Below, piece by piece: positions 9,536 to 18,165 of a stretch of 64,000 nucleotides of DNA (positions are counted from its first letter, which is position 1; every line of letters begins with the position of its first letter). The notes beneath the pieces were generated by a model, which saw nothing but the letters and a program-made list of their open reading frames with translations, did not search any database and was not told the DNA's origin. This DNA is from an uncultured Pelagibacteraceae bacterium (GTDB lineage Bacteria; Pseudomonadota; Alphaproteobacteria; Pelagibacterales; Pelagibacteraceae): NCBI GenBank assembly GCA_902575095.1, contig CACGPY010000001.1:68464-132463 (forward strand), in the 5' to 3' direction. A program made the position numbers and the translations under genes.

Positions 9536-10024
9536 GTGAAAACTAAGAAAAGAAATAATAAAGTAGCCATCATTATGGGTTCACAAAGTGATTATTCCGT
9601 AATGAAAGACTGCGAAAAAATCCTCAAATTACTAAAAGTAAAATACCAAATTTTAATTGTCAGTGCTCACCGAACTCCAAAGCGAATGTTTCAGTTTGCA
9701 GAAACAGCAGAAAAAAATGGTTTTGGTGTAATCGTCGCAGGAGCAGGAGGAGCTGCACATTTAGCAGGCATGGTTGCTTCTTTAACCACTTTACCTGTTC
9801 TCGGTGTGCCAATGGAGACAAAAAAAATAAAAGGTCTTGATAGCTTGCTGTCCATGGCGCAAATGCCAAAAGGTGTCCCAGTAGGATGCCTTGCAATCGA
9901 TGGTGCATTTAATGCAGGTATTCTAGCCGCTTCAATAATTGGTAACTTTGATACAAAAGTAAAATCAAATTTGGAAAGATGGAGAAGGCTCCAAACTCAA
10001 TCTATTAAAAAAAAACCTAAATAA
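9536..10024 (+). CDS. purE: N5-carboxyaminoimidazole ribonucleotide mutase
   Basis: IIMGSQSD, SAHRTP, AGAGGAAHL, QMPKGVPV; GTG start. Confidence 0.97.
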   Translation: MKTKKRNNKVAIIMGSQSDYSVMKDCEKILKLLKVKYQILIVSAHRTPKRMFQFAETAEKNGFGVIVAGAGGAAHLAGMVASLTTLPVLGVPMETKKIKGLDSLLSMAQMPKGVPVGCLAIDGAFNAGILAASIIGNFDTKVKSNLERWRRLQTQSIKKKPK

Positions 10025-10027
10025 CAA

Positions 10028-11071
10028 ATGTCAGACATCACTTTAGGGATTATAGGCTCAGGACAATTAGGTTCACTGCTTTGTCAAGCAGCAAAAAAAA
10101 TTAACGTAAAAACAGTAGTCATATCTGACGATGAACAAGGTCCTGCACAAAATTATTCTAATGAATTTATTTATTCTAAATATTATGATGAAAGTAAGAT
10201 AAAAGAATTTATTGATAAAGTTAATATCGTAACCTTTGAATTTGAAAACATACCAGTAGATATTCTAAAAAAGATTGAATTAAAGAAAAAGGTCTTACCT
10301 AAACCTGAAATAAATGAAATAATTCAAAATAGAAAGTTAGAAAAAACTTTTATAAATGATTTAGGTATAAAAACTACGGACTGGGCTTTTATTAAAGAAG
10401 CTGGTGATGTTGAAAAGAATAAAAATTTATTACCTGGAATTTTAAAGTCAAATACACTTGGTTATGATGGGCACGGTCAATTCGTTTTAAACTCTCTTGA
10501 TGATGTAAAAAAAGATTGGTGTTTTACAGCTGATTATATTTTAGAAAAAAAAGTAAACTTAAAGAGGGAGATATCAGTTGTAATTACAAGATATTTAAAT
10601 GGTGAAACTTATACTTATGAACCCATAGAAAATATTCATAAGGATCAAATTTTAAATTATTCAAAAATCCCTGCGGATATAAATAAAGAAATTTTTGTTA
10701 AAGCACAAAGTAATGCAAAACTTATTTCAGAAAAATTAGATTATGTTGGCACAATGTGTGTGGAATTTTTCATCGATTATGATGGCAATTTATTAGTTAA
10801 TGAAATTGCGCCAAGAGTCCATAATTCAGGCCACTTAACAATAAATGCTTTTAATATCAGTCAATTTGAAAATCATGTAAGAGCAGTATGTGATTTAGGT
10901 CTAGAAAAAGTAGAAAAAATTTCTAACGCTGAAATGTTTAACGTCTTAGGAAAAGATATTGAAATCTATAGATCAAAAAAATTTAATAAAGATGAATTTT
11001 TTTATGACTATGGAAAAAAATTAATTAAAGATAAAAGAAAAATGGGACATCTTACAGTTTTAAAAAAATGA
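10028..11071 (+). CDS. purK: N5-carboxyaminoimidazole ribonucleotide synthase
   Basis: GSGQLG, TFEFEN, GYDGHGQ, NEIAPRVHNSGH, RKMGH; follows purE. Confidence 0.96.
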   Translation: MSDITLGIIGSGQLGSLLCQAAKKINVKTVVISDDEQGPAQNYSNEFIYSKYYDESKIKEFIDKVNIVTFEFENIPVDILKKIELKKKVLPKPEINEIIQNRKLEKTFINDLGIKTTDWAFIKEAGDVEKNKNLLPGILKSNTLGYDGHGQFVLNSLDDVKKDWCFTADYILEKKVNLKREISVVITRYLNGETYTYEPIENIHKDQILNYSKIPADINKEIFVKAQSNAKLISEKLDYVGTMCVEFFIDYDGNLLVNEIAPRVHNSGHLTINAFNISQFENHVRAVCDLGLEKVEKISNAEMFNVLGKDIEIYRSKKFNKDEFFYDYGKKLIKDKRKMGHLTVLKK

Positions 11072-11881
11072 TTATTTAATTGTTATTCTATGCATAACTC
11101 TTCTGCAGTTTTTTATTTCACTAGCCATATGCAGAATGCTTAAATTATCCCAAAGACAGATATCTCCTTTAGTCCACTCATATGAAAATATAAACTCTTC
11201 TTTGTTTACGTGATCTATTAAATAATTCTTTAAATATTTAGCCTCGTCTTCTTTTACATTTTTAATTTTCATTAAATGTCCTGGAGATATATATAAGGTT
11301 TTCTTTCCATCAACGGTTATAACTATTGGGTGTTCAGCTTCCATACTTTCTGAAGATTTGATGCCCATTTCTTTTTCTCGTTCAAGTCTTGTTACTGCTA
11401 TAGGACCTGCCGATGAAAAAACTCCAGTAGCATCTTTAATTTTTTCTTTGATATTATCTGGTAATTTGTCGTAAGCATTAAAACCAGATGAGAATATAGT
11501 ATTACCTTGACCAACAGGTATCTCTCTACCCATTAACATTGTGTATCTTGGTCTGTCTTTAGATAAATAACTTGTATCTTGGTGAAGCCAGTTAGAGCCG
11601 AAACTTAAATTTTTGTCATCAGGCTTTCTCTCGATTACATTTATAAATGGAAATTTTTCATCTAGGCCTTTAAGTCTTGGATACACTACGGGTTGGCCTA
11701 TAGTTTTTGCAAAATTTTGATAAGTTTCGGGATCAAGATCTTGTTTTTTTATAAATATTACCCCGTATTGGTTTAAAATCTTTTTAATTTCTATTGCCTG
11801 ATTTTGGTCTAAGGATTTTAAATTAATATCGTTGATATAAGCTCCAACATTATTTTTTCCTGGTGTGATAGATAAATTCAT
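11072..11881 (-). CDS. TauD/TfdA-family Fe(II)/2-oxoglutarate dioxygenase
   Basis: HQD, HPIV, WDNLSILH, RVMHR facial-triad motifs. Confidence 0.88.
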   Translation of the reverse strand: MNLSITPGKNNVGAYINDINLKSLDQNQAIEIKKILNQYGVIFIKKQDLDPETYQNFAKTIGQPVVYPRLKGLDEKFPFINVIERKPDDKNLSFGSNWLHQDTSYLSKDRPRYTMLMGREIPVGQGNTIFSSGFNAYDKLPDNIKEKIKDATGVFSSAGPIAVTRLEREKEMGIKSSESMEAEHPIVITVDGKKTLYISPGHLMKIKNVKEDEAKYLKNYLIDHVNKEEFIFSYEWTKGDICLWDNLSILHMASEIKNCRRVMHRITIK

Positions 11882-12508
11882 TTAATTCAAATGTTTAATT
11901 AAAGTAGGGTCATTATTTACTGGATTATTAACATCTTTTGATATCTCATAAAACTTTAAATTGGGTGGTTTAATAGAGTTTAATATTTCCATAGCATCTT
12001 TTTTAATATTCAAATAATTATTAATCTGGCTTTTATTAATAATCATTGGCTCTCTGTGATGGATGGTACTAATTTTTTCAGTAGCTTCTCTTGTAATTAT
12101 ACAAAACTGATTATTTTGATATATCCCAGCAAAATACATCAATTCATCATCCTCTTTTGAAAAATAATAGGGAGTTTTTGTTTTATCTTCTCTTTTCCAT
12201 TCATAATATCCATCAGCTGGAATAATACATCTTGATGTCTGGATAAGATTCTTAAAAGTAACTTTTTCCATAAGGGTTTCTCTTCTTGCATTAATGAGGG
12301 GGGAAAACTTATCTAATTTTTTAGACCAACTCGGAACTAATCCCCAAGCATAGAGCTCAAGAGCCTTACCATTTGAATAGGATTTTATTACAGGTAACTT
12401 TTGAGTTGGGTGTGCATTATAATTATCTGTGTCCTCAACCTTAATGTTTGTTTTTACCAAATCAGCGGTTTTAGTAACTGGTTTCCGAATACTATATCTT
12501 CCGCACAT
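11882..12508 (-). CDS. SRAP/YedK (HMCES-like) abasic-site protection protein
   Basis: MCGRY N-terminus, WGLVP, INARRET, GYYEW, IHHREP. Confidence 0.92.
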   Translation of the reverse strand: MCGRYSIRKPVTKTADLVKTNIKVEDTDNYNAHPTQKLPVIKSYSNGKALELYAWGLVPSWSKKLDKFSPLINARRETLMEKVTFKNLIQTSRCIIPADGYYEWKREDKTKTPYYFSKEDDELMYFAGIYQNNQFCIITREATEKISTIHHREPMIINKSQINNYLNIKKDAMEILNSIKPPNLKFYEISKDVNNPVNNDPTLIKHLN

Positions 12509-12618
12509 TATTTATTTTTTCTCTCTCTTTTAAGCTTTCTCTTTTCTTTTAAAGATAACTTTGCTTTTTTCATAAAGCTTCTATCTTTTTGACTTTTACC
12601 TGAATATCTTTTTGACAT
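12508..12618 (-). CDS. 36-aa highly basic small protein (absent from ORF track)
   Basis: MSKRYSGKSQKDRSFMKKAKLSLKEKRKLKRERKNK*; starts 2 nt after the FAH stop and its TAA overlaps the SRAP ATG. Confidence 0.7.
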   Translation of the reverse strand: MSKRYSGKSQKDRSFMKKAKLSLKEKRKLKRERKNK

Positions 12619-12620
12619 AA

Positions 12621-13457
12621 TTATTCATCTATTATTTCATAGAATTGCTCACCTAGTCCATCTACTTTTAAGTGAAGTTTGTCACCTGCTTTTAGAAATT
12701 CAGGTTTTTCCATTTCCATTGCCGTACCCGCAGGTGTCCCGGTAGTGATAATTGTCCCAGGATATAAAGTCATAAATTGACTTAAGTGAGAAATTAAAAA
12801 ATTGAAATTAAAAATCATTCTTTCTGTATTACCATTTTGTCTTCTGGTGCCATTTACATCTAACGCTAAATTAATATTATTTAAGTTTTTTATTTCATCT
12901 TTGGTCACAAGGTAAGGGCCTGTTGGTCCTGCTATAGATTTACCTTTGATCCATTGACCACCTCTTTCTTTTTGCCAAGATCTTTCAGATATGTCATTAA
13001 CGATACAATAGCCAAATACATAATCTTGAGCATTTTCTTCTTTAATATATTTGCCTTCCCGACCAATAATCATTCCAATTTCAACTTCGTAATCCATTTT
13101 GTAAGCAGATTTAGGTTTTACTATTTGATCATTAGGACCCTGAATACATCCAGAACTTTTATTGAAAACAATTGGTTCAGTTGGTAATTTTGACTTGGTC
13201 CCTTCCGCATGTGCTTTATAATTTAAACCTATTGCTAAAAAATCTACGGGATTTGAGATACAAGCTCCAATTCTAATGTTTGAGTTGATTTCCTTTAGCT
13301 CAGATAATTTTATACTCTTTAATTTATTTAATGTTTCTTCGTTTATAGTCTGTGGATTTAAATCTTTAATGTGATCTGAAAGATCCCTAATGATATTATT
13401 ACTATCTAAGCAAGCAACAATCTCGCTTCCTAACTTACCAACTCTTAATAATTTCAT
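12621..13457 (-). CDS. Fumarylacetoacetate hydrolase family protein
   Basis: IGLNYKAH, DYEVE, NDISER, WIKGKS, TGTPAG. Confidence 0.9.
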   Translation of the reverse strand: MKLLRVGKLGSEIVACLDSNNIIRDLSDHIKDLNPQTINEETLNKLKSIKLSELKEINSNIRIGACISNPVDFLAIGLNYKAHAEGTKSKLPTEPIVFNKSSGCIQGPNDQIVKPKSAYKMDYEVEIGMIIGREGKYIKEENAQDYVFGYCIVNDISERSWQKERGGQWIKGKSIAGPTGPYLVTKDEIKNLNNINLALDVNGTRRQNGNTERMIFNFNFLISHLSQFMTLYPGTIITTGTPAGTAMEMEKPEFLKAGDKLHLKVDGLGEQFYEIIDE

Positions 13458-13480
13458 TAAATAATTTTAGTCTTAAATTG

Positions 13481-13927
13481 CTATTTTACAAATCTTTTGA
13501 TTCTTTCTTCAGTAGTAGTTTCAGGACCAGAGTAAGGTGTCTCGTAGCTATTGGTTCTTGTTAGAACATCAATCCCCTTAGTAAAAATAAAGATAAAAAA
13601 AACAATAAAAAAGACTGCAAATATTTTTGCAGGATTATAATTTCCAGATTGAAAAACACTGACTGGTTGCTCTTTTTTTTTATGAAAAAATTTAAATGTT
13701 AAGTAAACTGCTATGATTAATCCAATATGCGCCATAACTACTCCAGCCCAGCCAAAAATAAAAGAGGTTACGCTAAATACATAGAGGCTAAATACAGTGG
13801 ACCAAACAAAAGACAAAACAATTAAAATTTGAAGCCTCACAGACTTTGGCAAGCTTCTTAAGTCATTTTTACTATCATCAAACATGATGTTAGCAGCTTC
13901 AGTCATCCAATTTTTAAAACTTTCCAT
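13481..13927 (-). CDS. Hypothetical membrane protein (about 3 TM)
   Basis: 148 aa with hydrophobic segments; co-oriented with neighbours. Confidence 0.7.
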   Translation of the reverse strand: MESFKNWMTEAANIMFDDSKNDLRSLPKSVRLQILIVLSFVWSTVFSLYVFSVTSFIFGWAGVVMAHIGLIIAVYLTFKFFHKKKEQPVSVFQSGNYNPAKIFAVFFIVFFIFIFTKGIDVLTRTNSYETPYSGPETTTEERIKRFVK

Positions 13928-13965
13928 ATTTGTCTTATATACTTTTTAAATTAAAATTTAAATTA

Positions 13966-14544
13966 TTATAAATTTCGCACTAGTTTTCTTACCTTTTCCA
14001 TATGTGAATTAAATTTTTCTTGTGTCATTCCTGGCAAAACCTCATAAAATCTTATGTAGGTTGTTTTCATTCCACCAAGCTTTAAAACTCCTGCTTTAAT
14101 TCTCCTAAATGGAATATTTTGAAACCAGGTTTGAATTGAAAACCAATTTCCACCGTAAGACATCGACATTATAGCTTTTCTACCTTTCATCGCACCTGCA
14201 ACAGGGTAACCCCAATTACCAACAAGTCTTTTAAATGAGAAAAACCATTTAGGAGCTAAAGTTAAATCAATCCAATTTTCTAAAATTGCAGTCGCTCTAA
14301 GATTGTAACAAGGTGAAATCATAAATAAAACATCACTTGCTTCTAATCTTTTTCTATAATCTAAAATTTGATCATTAGGGCCAGAACCATCAAAAAAAGG
14401 AAGCGGTGTTTCTTCGTGTAAATTAACTAAATCAACTTGATGACCTAACTTTTTTGCCTCTTCGATAAAAATATCTCTTACAGAAGCATTGAATGATTTT
14501 TTTATATTATGATGGCCGTAAACGATAAAAATTTTTTTAAACAT
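13966..14544 (-). CDS. Flavodoxin-fold NAD(P)H-dependent oxidoreductase (NQO/MdaB/KefF-like)
   Basis: IVYGHH...SFN, ASDVLFMISPCY...AILENWID pattern. Confidence 0.8.
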   Translation of the reverse strand: MFKKIFIVYGHHNIKKSFNASVRDIFIEEAKKLGHQVDLVNLHEETPLPFFDGSGPNDQILDYRKRLEASDVLFMISPCYNLRATAILENWIDLTLAPKWFFSFKRLVGNWGYPVAGAMKGRKAIMSMSYGGNWFSIQTWFQNIPFRRIKAGVLKLGGMKTTYIRFYEVLPGMTQEKFNSHMEKVRKLVRNL

Positions 14545-14546
14545 CT

Positions 14547-14702
14547 TTATTTGTCTATATCATTTTTTTCATTTTTTCGTATTAGAAATCCTGAACCCAT
14601 CCCCACTGCAATGGCTGATATAACCCAAGAGTATTCTTGTTTGCTGAAAAGAACCAATAGGCCAAAACCTATAATGATTATACCTAAAAGCTTATTATCC
14701 AT
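14547..14702 (-). CDS. 51-aa two-TM small membrane protein (absent from ORF track)
   Basis: MDNKLLGIIIIGFGLLVLFSKQEYSWVISAIAVGMGSGFLIRKNEKNDIDK*; stop 2 nt before the oxidoreductase start. Confidence 0.65.
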   Translation of the reverse strand: MDNKLLGIIIIGFGLLVLFSKQEYSWVISAIAVGMGSGFLIRKNEKNDIDK

Positions 14703-14823
14703 TGACAAATATAAACCTTATATTAAAGTTTACTTACCCATCTGTCATGGGAAAAAAGACTCGGCATTCGACATGCCGGACCTATAAAGGGTTGCAAAGT
14801 CGGTAGAAATGAAAGGAGTTGCT
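14702..14823 (+). promoter_or_regulatory. sigma70-like promoter plus structured 5' leader (candidate cis-regulatory RNA)
   Basis: TTGACA 14702-14707 and TAAAGT 14724-14729; GC-rich stems CCCAT/ATGGG, CGGCAT/ATGCCG, CCT/AGG, GACT/AGTC; SD AGGAG 14814-14818. Confidence 0.55.
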
Positions 14824-15015
14824 ATGAATAGATTTAGCAAACTGTATGGAAATTCTGCCGTTAAAAAAGCTGAGCAGAAACTTTCAATGCAGTTAAGTAA
14901 AAACCAAAAAGCCCCCGAGGCTAACGCCAATGGAACAGCTGGTTATATGCTTAAAAACGGAAAAAATTCCGGAAAAATTTTGAAGCATTTAAAAACTGAC
15001 AAAAATCAGCTTTAA
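14824..15015 (+). CDS. Small basic hypothetical protein (63 aa from the SD-supported ATG)
   Basis: AGGAG 5 nt before ATG 14824; terminator downstream. Confidence 0.75.
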   Translation: MNRFSKLYGNSAVKKAEQKLSMQLSKNQKAPEANANGTAGYMLKNGKNSGKILKHLKTDKNQL

Positions 15016-15025
15016 AACTTTTATA

Positions 15026-15052
15026 GGGTGGGGACTTTAAAATCCCCACTCA
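15026..15052 (+). terminator. GC-rich hairpin after the 63-aa gene
   Basis: GGGTGGGGA-ctttaaaa-TCCCCACTC. Confidence 0.55.
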
Positions 15053-15071
15053 AGTCTTTAATATCCTCCTA

Positions 15072-16163
15072 ATGGAAAAACAAAATTTTTATGATCTTAA
15101 TTTTGATCAATTAAAAGCTTTTTTAATTGAAAAAGGAGAAGTTGAACCGAAAAAGGCAAAGATGAGATCACAACAACTCTTCAATGCAGTTTATAAAAAA
15201 AATATTAAAAGTTTTGATGAGCTTACAACATTTGGAGCTGATCTCAGAGGTAAGATCAAAGATTTGATTAGTTTAGAAAAACCAAAAATTATAGATGTTC
15301 AAAAATCTAAGGATGGCACTATAAAATTTCTTTTTGAGCTTAAAGATAAACGTAATGTAGAGACAGTCCTTATTCCGGATAAATCGCAAAGCAGATATAC
15401 AATTTGTTTATCTGTATCAGTGGGGTGTTATCTCTCTTGTGAATTTTGTGCAACAGCTCAAATTTCAAAAAAATTAGTAAGAAATTTATCACCGGGGGAA
15501 ATAATCTCACAAATCATTTTAAGTAAAGATTATATTAATGATTGGTCGACACAGAAAAAAATAACCAATCAAGTATTAATGGGCGAAGGTTCACCCTTTT
15601 TAAATTTAGATAATGTTAAAATAGCAATTGATAACTCAAAAAATAAAGATGGTTTAGAATACGGAAGAACTAGGATCACAGTCAGCACTGTTGGAGTTGG
15701 AATAAAAAAAGATAATTTAGATGCAATAGAGTGGGCTGCAAATGAATTAGATGTTTATCTTGCATGGAGTTTACATAGCTCAATACCAAAACATAGATCA
15801 GAATTAATGCCAATAAATGATAAATATTCTATTAATTCATTATTACCACAGCTAAAAAAATATTATGAAAAAACAAAATTACCTATTTTTATTGAATGGA
15901 TATGTTTAGATGAAAATTTAACAAATGATCATGCAAAAGAATTAATAAAGATTATGAAAAAAGTTCCTTCAAAATTAAATTTGATCGAATTTAATCCTCT
16001 ATCCAATAAAGATTTCAAACCAGCAACTCAAGAAAATATAGATAAGTTTTCTAAAAAAATTCAAGAAGCAGGTTTCCTTTCTCTATTTAGAAGAAGCAGG
16101 GGTAGAGACATAAATGCATCTTGTGGATCCTTAGCAAATAAGAAAGCAATAGGAAATGTATAA
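15072..16163 (+). CDS. rlmN: RlmN/Cfr-family radical SAM RNA methyltransferase
   Basis: SKDGTIK, VETVLIP, CLSVSVGCYLSCEFCAT, SLH, RGRDINASCGSL. Confidence 0.88.
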   Translation: MEKQNFYDLNFDQLKAFLIEKGEVEPKKAKMRSQQLFNAVYKKNIKSFDELTTFGADLRGKIKDLISLEKPKIIDVQKSKDGTIKFLFELKDKRNVETVLIPDKSQSRYTICLSVSVGCYLSCEFCATAQISKKLVRNLSPGEIISQIILSKDYINDWSTQKKITNQVLMGEGSPFLNLDNVKIAIDNSKNKDGLEYGRTRITVSTVGVGIKKDNLDAIEWAANELDVYLAWSLHSSIPKHRSELMPINDKYSINSLLPQLKKYYEKTKLPIFIEWICLDENLTNDHAKELIKIMKKVPSKLNLIEFNPLSNKDFKPATQENIDKFSKKIQEAGFLSLFRRSRGRDINASCGSLANKKAIGNV

Positions 16164-17103
16164 TTTACATATTTTTCTAGGTGCAACAGTTGCTGATGCA
16201 GCCACCAGACCTTTGCATTGGGTCTATGATCCAAAAAAATTAAATCAATACATTAAAGGAAAAAAAGAAATTGCATTTTTAAAAAAAAGTAGAAGTCCAT
16301 TTTATTCGATCAAAACAGGTAAAGTTTCCGGCTACAATGATGTTGGACAAGTAATGTTTAGAACATTAATTTCAACAAAAAAAAAATCAGATGTTTTAAA
16401 AAATTTTAGGAAAAATGTTGTCAAAAACTTTGGACCACGTTCAGCTTATTGGAAGAATTTGAAACTCAGAAAAAAATACAAAAAGATTAAATGGAAAGGG
16501 CCCATGAATGGTCCATGGATCCACCAAAACATATTAGAAACTATTCAAAACATTAAAACTAAGAAAAGCACAACTGGAGGCAAAAAGGTAAACGAGTCTG
16601 ATGGTTATTGCGCCGCTTTACCTTATTTTCTTTTTAATAATTCAGAGCCAGACTTAAAAAGGATTATAAAAAGTGTAGCTAATTCTAAAGTAAATGAAAC
16701 TTATGCGTTAGCAAAATTAGAGATAATAGATCTAGCAATGAAAGGTGAGAAAAGTCCTGTAAATGCTTTTGCTAAAAAGTATGGGAGAAAACTTTATTTC
16801 AAAGACGTTGTTGCTAATATTAAAAAGGTTTTAAGATTAAAAAAACATAATCATACTCAAGTTGTTAAGAAATTTGGAAAAGCGTGTAGCTATCCCGGCA
16901 CATTCATGGGTTCAATTCATGCCATGATTACCTCTAATAATTATAAATCTGCAATTATTAAAACTATTAAGGCTGGGGGTTGTAATTGTTCTAGAGCTAA
17001 TTTTGTAGGAGCTTATTTTGCTGCTTATAAAGGTTTAAAAAATATTCCTACACCTTGGATTAAAAAAACTTTTCCAGCTAAAAATATTTTAAGATATATT
17101 TAA
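16156..17103 (+). CDS. ADP-ribosylglycohydrolase / crystallin J1 (SelJ-like) family protein
   Basis: GATVADAATRPLHWVYD N-terminus, GKAC, AGGCNCSRA..VGA..AA..G..IP..W C-terminus. Confidence 0.8.
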   Translation: MYNLHIFLGATVADAATRPLHWVYDPKKLNQYIKGKKEIAFLKKSRSPFYSIKTGKVSGYNDVGQVMFRTLISTKKKSDVLKNFRKNVVKNFGPRSAYWKNLKLRKKYKKIKWKGPMNGPWIHQNILETIQNIKTKKSTTGGKKVNESDGYCAALPYFLFNNSEPDLKRIIKSVANSKVNETYALAKLEIIDLAMKGEKSPVNAFAKKYGRKLYFKDVVANIKKVLRLKKHNHTQVVKKFGKACSYPGTFMGSIHAMITSNNYKSAIIKTIKAGGCNCSRANFVGAYFAAYKGLKNIPTPWIKKTFPAKNILRYI

Positions 17104-17129
17104 TTTATATAAATGATGTATAATGTTTT

Positions 17130-18158
17130 ATGGATTCGATACTGTCATCACTAATAATTTGTTTATTGTTAGTTAACCTTATTGCAGTAATATTTTTAAT
17201 TAAACGTAAACATCCAGATCAAATTGACAATAGTCAGATTTTTAAAGATGAAGTGAACTCTTTAAAATATTCTTTTAGTCAGTCATTTGGTTCTATGAGT
17301 AAAGAAATTGCAAAAGACATGACAGGAGCTCTTACGAAAGTAGATGAAAAGGTTGGAGTATTTAATCGTCAAGTAAGTGAACTTAATAAAAGCCAGGATA
17401 ATTTTAGTAAAATTTTAAGCGGAGTAAAAACTTACGGTACATTAGCTGAATTTGGGTTAGGAGCTCTTTTAAAAGATTTACTTCCAGCATCACAATTCAT
17501 AGCAAATGTGAGAATGAAGGAAGACACATCCGAAACAGTTGAGTTTGCTATAAAACTACAAGATGTCCTACTTCCCATCGACAGTCATTGGCCTGTAGAA
17601 AAATATAAGGCTATTGATGATGCCTATAATGCTAATGATAAAGATGCTCAAGCTGAAGCGAGAAAAGATTTAGCAGCCGCTTTTAGATTAAAAGCAAAAG
17701 CTGTTAACACGAAATATATAGCTCCACCGAAAAGTACAGATTTTGCAATTGTCTATGTTCCAACAGAAGGACTTTTTGCAGAACTGTCAAGTTACAGAGA
17801 TCCAAAAACAAAAGAATTGTTGCTTCAAGAATTAAGAACAAAATACAAAGTTACAATTTCAGGTCCAAACACTTTATCTGCACTGTTACAATCTTATCAT
17901 TTAGGATTTCAAACATTAAAAGTGCAGCAACATGCTACGCAAATTTATAGTGATTTAAGAAATATAAGTTCAAGATTTGATAAACATTTTGATGGGATAA
18001 AAGATTTAAGGAAAAAACTTGAGCAAGCTATGGCTGCAACTGATGGCTTTGGAAGAGATGCAAGATCAATAATGAATACACTTTCTAATATTAAAGACCC
18101 TCAACAGGTAAAAGAAACATTAGAGGAAAATTCAGAAAAGATAAAAGTTCTTAAGTAG
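17130..18158 (+). CDS. rmuC: DNA recombination protein RmuC
   Basis: N-terminal TM, coiled coil, GTLAE, LPIDSHWP, KYIAPPKSTDFA, PTEGL, GPNTL. Confidence 0.88.
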   Translation: MDSILSSLIICLLLVNLIAVIFLIKRKHPDQIDNSQIFKDEVNSLKYSFSQSFGSMSKEIAKDMTGALTKVDEKVGVFNRQVSELNKSQDNFSKILSGVKTYGTLAEFGLGALLKDLLPASQFIANVRMKEDTSETVEFAIKLQDVLLPIDSHWPVEKYKAIDDAYNANDKDAQAEARKDLAAAFRLKAKAVNTKYIAPPKSTDFAIVYVPTEGLFAELSSYRDPKTKELLLQELRTKYKVTISGPNTLSALLQSYHLGFQTLKVQQHATQIYSDLRNISSRFDKHFDGIKDLRKKLEQAMAATDGFGRDARSIMNTLSNIKDPQQVKETLEENSEKIKVLK

Positions 18159-18165
18159 ATTTCAT

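Noticed and set aside
14509-14930. ORF-track entries 14509-14787 (+) and 14745-14930 (-)
   Set aside because: Better explained by the 51-aa minus-strand membrane ORF, the structured leader and the SD-supported 14824 gene
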